From: an uncultured Solirubrobacterales bacterium
GTDB lineage: Bacteria > Actinomycetota > Thermoleophilia > Solirubrobacterales > Solirubrobacteraceae
Reading direction: 5' to 3'
NCBI GenBank assembly: GCA_963844765.1
Contig: CAWJPN010000001.1
Location: 218,565 to 282,564 of the forward strand
Length of the DNA: 64,000 nucleotides
The notes under the pieces were generated by a model. That model had not been told where the DNA came from, searched no databases, and was given only the letters and a program-made list of their open reading frames with translations. The translations under genes and the position numbers were made by a program. Of this stretch, positions 60,986-64,000 are shown piece after piece. Each line of letters begins with the position of its first letter. Within the stretch, counting starts at the first letter, position 1.

Positions 60986-62032
60986 ATGAGCGAGCGCAAC
61001 GGCACCCTGCACAACGGCAACGGACACGGCGCGCTCATAGACAGCCGCGAGCTGGTGCTGCAGCGCATCCGCGAGGACTCCCGCTTCGTGCTGGCCACGC
61101 ACGAGAATATGGACGGCGATGCGATTGGCTCGCTCGTGGCGATGCAGGGCCTGCTCACAGCGCTGGGCAAGGACGCGCCGATGTTCATCGCACCGAGCGA
61201 GCTGCCGCTGCCGCACGAGTACCGCTTCTTTGCGCTGGAGCATGTGATCCAGATCGCGCCCGTGGATATCGCCGAGCGCACCGTGGTGTTCCTGGACTGC
61301 GGCAACATCGACCGCAACTCCGCCGAGGTGCTGCGCGCCGGCGCGCATCTGCTGAACATCGACCACCACCACGACAACACCCGCTTTGGCACGCTCAACC
61401 ACGTCGTGCCCTCCGCCTCCTGCACCGCGGAGATCGTGTGGGATCTGATGGGCGAGTTGGGCGTCGCGCCGACACCGGCCGTCGCCGAGGCGCTGTATGT
61501 CGGGTTGATCACCGACACCGGGCGCTTCATGTATGAGAACACCGGTCCAGGGGCGCACCTGATGGCCGCGGCGTTGATCGCGGCCGGCGTCGACGTGCAG
61601 GGGATCTACCGCCGCCTGTTCGAGGAGATGCCATTCGCCAAGCTCACGCTGTTCTCGCGCGCGCTCTCCCAGGTCTGTCGCCACGACGACGGGGAGCTGA
61701 CGCTCGCGTGGTTGAGCGCCGAGGATTTCAACGAGGCGGGCGCCGAGGCGAGCTACTCGGAGGGCATCGTGGACATCCTGCGCGCCGTGCAGGGCACCAA
61801 GGTGGCGGGCCTCGTGCGCGAGCTGATCGATGCCGATCGCCGCGGCCACTACAAGGTCTCGCTGCGCGCCACCGACGACGACGTGGACGTCTCGCTGATC
61901 GCCCGCGCCCAGGGCGGCGGCGGGCACCGGCGCGCCGCCGGTTTCTCCACCACGCTCGAGCTGGAGGAGCTGATCGCATTCCTGCGGCGGGAGCTCGCCG
62001 CGCAGCTGCACCCCGCGCCAGCGCACGCCTAG
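60986..62032 (+). CDS. nrnA: DHH-family phosphoesterase (NrnA-like)
   Basis: DGDAIGS, DCG, DHH, GGGGHRRAAG. Confidence 0.9.
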   Translation: MSERNGTLHNGNGHGALIDSRELVLQRIREDSRFVLATHENMDGDAIGSLVAMQGLLTALGKDAPMFIAPSELPLPHEYRFFALEHVIQIAPVDIAERTVVFLDCGNIDRNSAEVLRAGAHLLNIDHHHDNTRFGTLNHVVPSASCTAEIVWDLMGELGVAPTPAVAEALYVGLITDTGRFMYENTGPGAHLMAAALIAAGVDVQGIYRRLFEEMPFAKLTLFSRALSQVCRHDDGELTLAWLSAEDFNEAGAEASYSEGIVDILRAVQGTKVAGLVRELIDADRRGHYKVSLRATDDDVDVSLIARAQGGGGHRRAAGFSTTLELEELIAFLRRELAAQLHPAPAHA

Positions 62033-62108
62033 AACCGAAGAGCAGCGCCCGCCGACCCAGCGGTGGACGGCCAGCTCCCGCCGTGCCCCTGGACGCGATG
62101 ATGAGCAC

Positions 62109-62777
62109 ATGGACGGAGTTCTCCTGATCGACAAGCCCGCCGGCATCACCTCGCACGACGTCGTCGCTGCCGTGCGTCGTGCCCTGGGCGGCGTGAAGAC
62201 CGGGCACGCCGGCACGCTCGACCCGTTCGCAACGGGGCTGCTGCTGGTGCTAGTGGGCAGAGCCACGCGTATCCAGCGCCACCTGATGGAGCTTCCCAAG
62301 CGCTATCTCACGGTGGCGCGACTGGGTGCGCTCTCCAGCACCGGCGATCCGGAGGGGGAGATCACAGAGACTGGCCGCATCCCGCCCGACCCGCCCAGGC
62401 TGCCTCACGGCGAGATCCGCCAGCGCCCGCCGATCTACTCGGCTGTGAAGATCGGCGGCGAGCGCGCCTACCGTCGCGCGCGGCGCGGTGAGCGCTTTGA
62501 GATGCCCGAGCGGATTGTCACCATCCACCGCTTCGAGCAGCTCTGGCGCGAGCCGACGAGCGCGAGCTTTTTGATCGAATGCTCCTCGGGCACCTACGTG
62601 CGCTCGCTGATCGCCGACCTCGGCGACGCCTACTGTGTGCAGCTGCGGCGCACCGCGATCGGGCCGTTCGATGTCAAGGACACCGTCGCGCCACCCCAGC
62701 GCGGCGAGCAGTGGCAGGGAGTGGCTGAGCGCCATCTAATCTCCATCGAGGACGCAATGGCGGCGCTGGCGCCGTAG
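62109..62777 (+). CDS. truB: tRNA pseudouridine-55 synthase
   Basis: GHAGTLDPFATG, YSAVKIGG, SGTYVRSL. Confidence 0.95.
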   Translation: MDGVLLIDKPAGITSHDVVAAVRRALGGVKTGHAGTLDPFATGLLLVLVGRATRIQRHLMELPKRYLTVARLGALSSTGDPEGEITETGRIPPDPPRLPHGEIRQRPPIYSAVKIGGERAYRRARRGERFEMPERIVTIHRFEQLWREPTSASFLIECSSGTYVRSLIADLGDAYCVQLRRTAIGPFDVKDTVAPPQRGEQWQGVAERHLISIEDAMAALAP

Positions 62778-62830
62778 CTGCCCACTCCATCGAGGACGCG
62801 ACAGTGGCGCTCGCGCCGTAGGCTTCGCCC

Positions 62831-63712
62831 GTGCAGATCACTCGCCTGGGGGATGTGGAGCGCCGCGAGCGCAATGTCGCCGTCGGCACCTTCGACGGCG
62901 TGCACCTCGGCCACCGGGAGGTGATCCGCGGGGCCGACAGCGTGCTGACTTTCGAGCCCCATCCGGTGTCCGTGGTCGCACCCCAGCACGCGCCCAAGCT
63001 GCTGACACCCCTGCCAGTCAAGGCGGAGTTGATCGCCGCGCTGGGGGTCCAAGAGCTGATCGTAGTCGGATTCGACCGCCACTTCGCCCAGCGCACTGCG
63101 AGCGAGTTCGTGGACGGGGTACTGGTGGACTCACTCGGCGCCACGCGCGTCTCGATCGGCGAGAACTTCCGCTTCGGTCACAAGGCGCGCGGCGATACGC
63201 GCCTGCTGGCCGCGGATGGGCGTTTTCAGACAGTGGTGCACCCGCTGCTGGAGGTCGATGGCGAGATTGTCTCCTCCAGCCACATCCGTGGCCTTGTGGC
63301 GGCAGGCGAGGTGGAGGAGGCCACGCGGCTGCTCGGCGCGCCCTTTCAATTGCGCGGTGAGGTCACCCACGGTGATAAACGGGGCCGCGAGCTGGGCTTT
63401 CCCACGGCCAACCTGATCCCCGACGACGCGCTTGTGTGCCCCGGTCACGGCGTCTACGCCTGCCTCGCCGACGGCCGTCCAGCAGCGGTCAGCATCGGCG
63501 TGCGCCCGACCTTCACAACCGGGCGTATCGAGCTGATCGAGGCCTACCTCCTGGACTTCGAGGGCGATCTCTACGGCCACACGCTGCGCCTGGACTTCCT
63601 GGCCCGCTTGCGCGGCGAGCGGCGCTTCGACAGCGCCGAGGCGCTTGTCGAGCAGATGCACCGCGATGTGGAGGACGCCCGCGCGGTAGCGGTTGCCCAC
63701 CAGGGTCCGTAG
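62831..63712 (+). CDS. ribF: Riboflavin kinase / FAD synthetase
   Basis: GTFDGVHLGH, SSSHIR, GFPTAN, IEAY. Confidence 0.95.
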   Translation: MQITRLGDVERRERNVAVGTFDGVHLGHREVIRGADSVLTFEPHPVSVVAPQHAPKLLTPLPVKAELIAALGVQELIVVGFDRHFAQRTASEFVDGVLVDSLGATRVSIGENFRFGHKARGDTRLLAADGRFQTVVHPLLEVDGEIVSSSHIRGLVAAGEVEEATRLLGAPFQLRGEVTHGDKRGRELGFPTANLIPDDALVCPGHGVYACLADGRPAAVSIGVRPTFTTGRIELIEAYLLDFEGDLYGHTLRLDFLARLRGERRFDSAEALVEQMHRDVEDARAVAVAHQGP

Positions 63713-63749
63713 CGGGCGCCCGGTGCCCGTTTGCTAGCCTGTCCACCCC

Positions 63750-64000
63750 ATGACCCTCACAACTGAGCGCAAGCGCGAGATCGCCGTCAAGTTTGGCGCC
63801 AACGAGCGCGACACCGGCAGCACCAAGGTGCAGGTCGCACTGCTCACCGAGCGCATCAACCACCTCACCGAGCACCTGCGCGAGCAGAAGCGCGACCACC
63901 ACTCGCGTCGCGGCCTGCTGATGCTCGTCGGTCAGCGTCGACGCTTCCTCGATTATCTGCGCCGCAACGACCTTGAGGGCTACCGTGCGTTGATCAAAGA
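63750..64000 (+). CDS. rpsO: 30S ribosomal protein S15 (3' end beyond window)
   Basis: DTGS..VQVALLT.RI, HSRRGLL..VGQRRR. Confidence 0.96.
   Translation, partial: MTLTTERKREIAVKFGANERDTGSTKVQVALLTERINHLTEHLREQKRDHHSRRGLLMLVGQRRRFLDYLRRNDLEGYRALIK

Overview
High-GC actinobacterial DNA, probably Solirubrobacterales/Thermoleophilia-like (inference from GC content, mIHF and gene style), in three blocks. (1) 1-13.0 kb: thrC-moaD, a probable copper-handling cluster around a CopA-type P1B-ATPase, a TrmH methylase and three toxin-antitoxin-like modules. (2) 13.0-42.2 kb: two related integrative elements in tandem in tRNA-Arg(CCG), A (~13.2 kb, 13035-26280) and B (~15.9 kb, 26262-42174), delimited by three copies of the tRNA 3' half. 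Each has a tyrosine integrase, XRE regulators, a helicase-type replication gene with a candidate origin, a xis-like HTH gene, a Holliday-junction resolvase, and small and large terminase-like genes. Neither has a recognisable portal, capsid, tail or lysis gene, so they look like a phage-satellite family carrying its own complete terminase. The most unusual sequence signals are: a copy of each element's own candidate integrase arm site near the end of its xis-like gene; two structured-RNA candidates conserved between A and B; late proteins rich in L-x-E-[S/A/T] motifs; and a degenerate mini-integrase in B. (3) 42.4-64 kb: core genes (rnz, pyr operon with PyrR site, mihF-gmk-rpoZ-coaBC, rimP-nusA-ylxR-infB-rbfA-nrnA-truB-ribF-rpsO). 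Several single-base frameshifts, including one in rbfA, suggest assembly indels, so pseudogene calls are provisional. All family names come from motif recognition; no database search was run.
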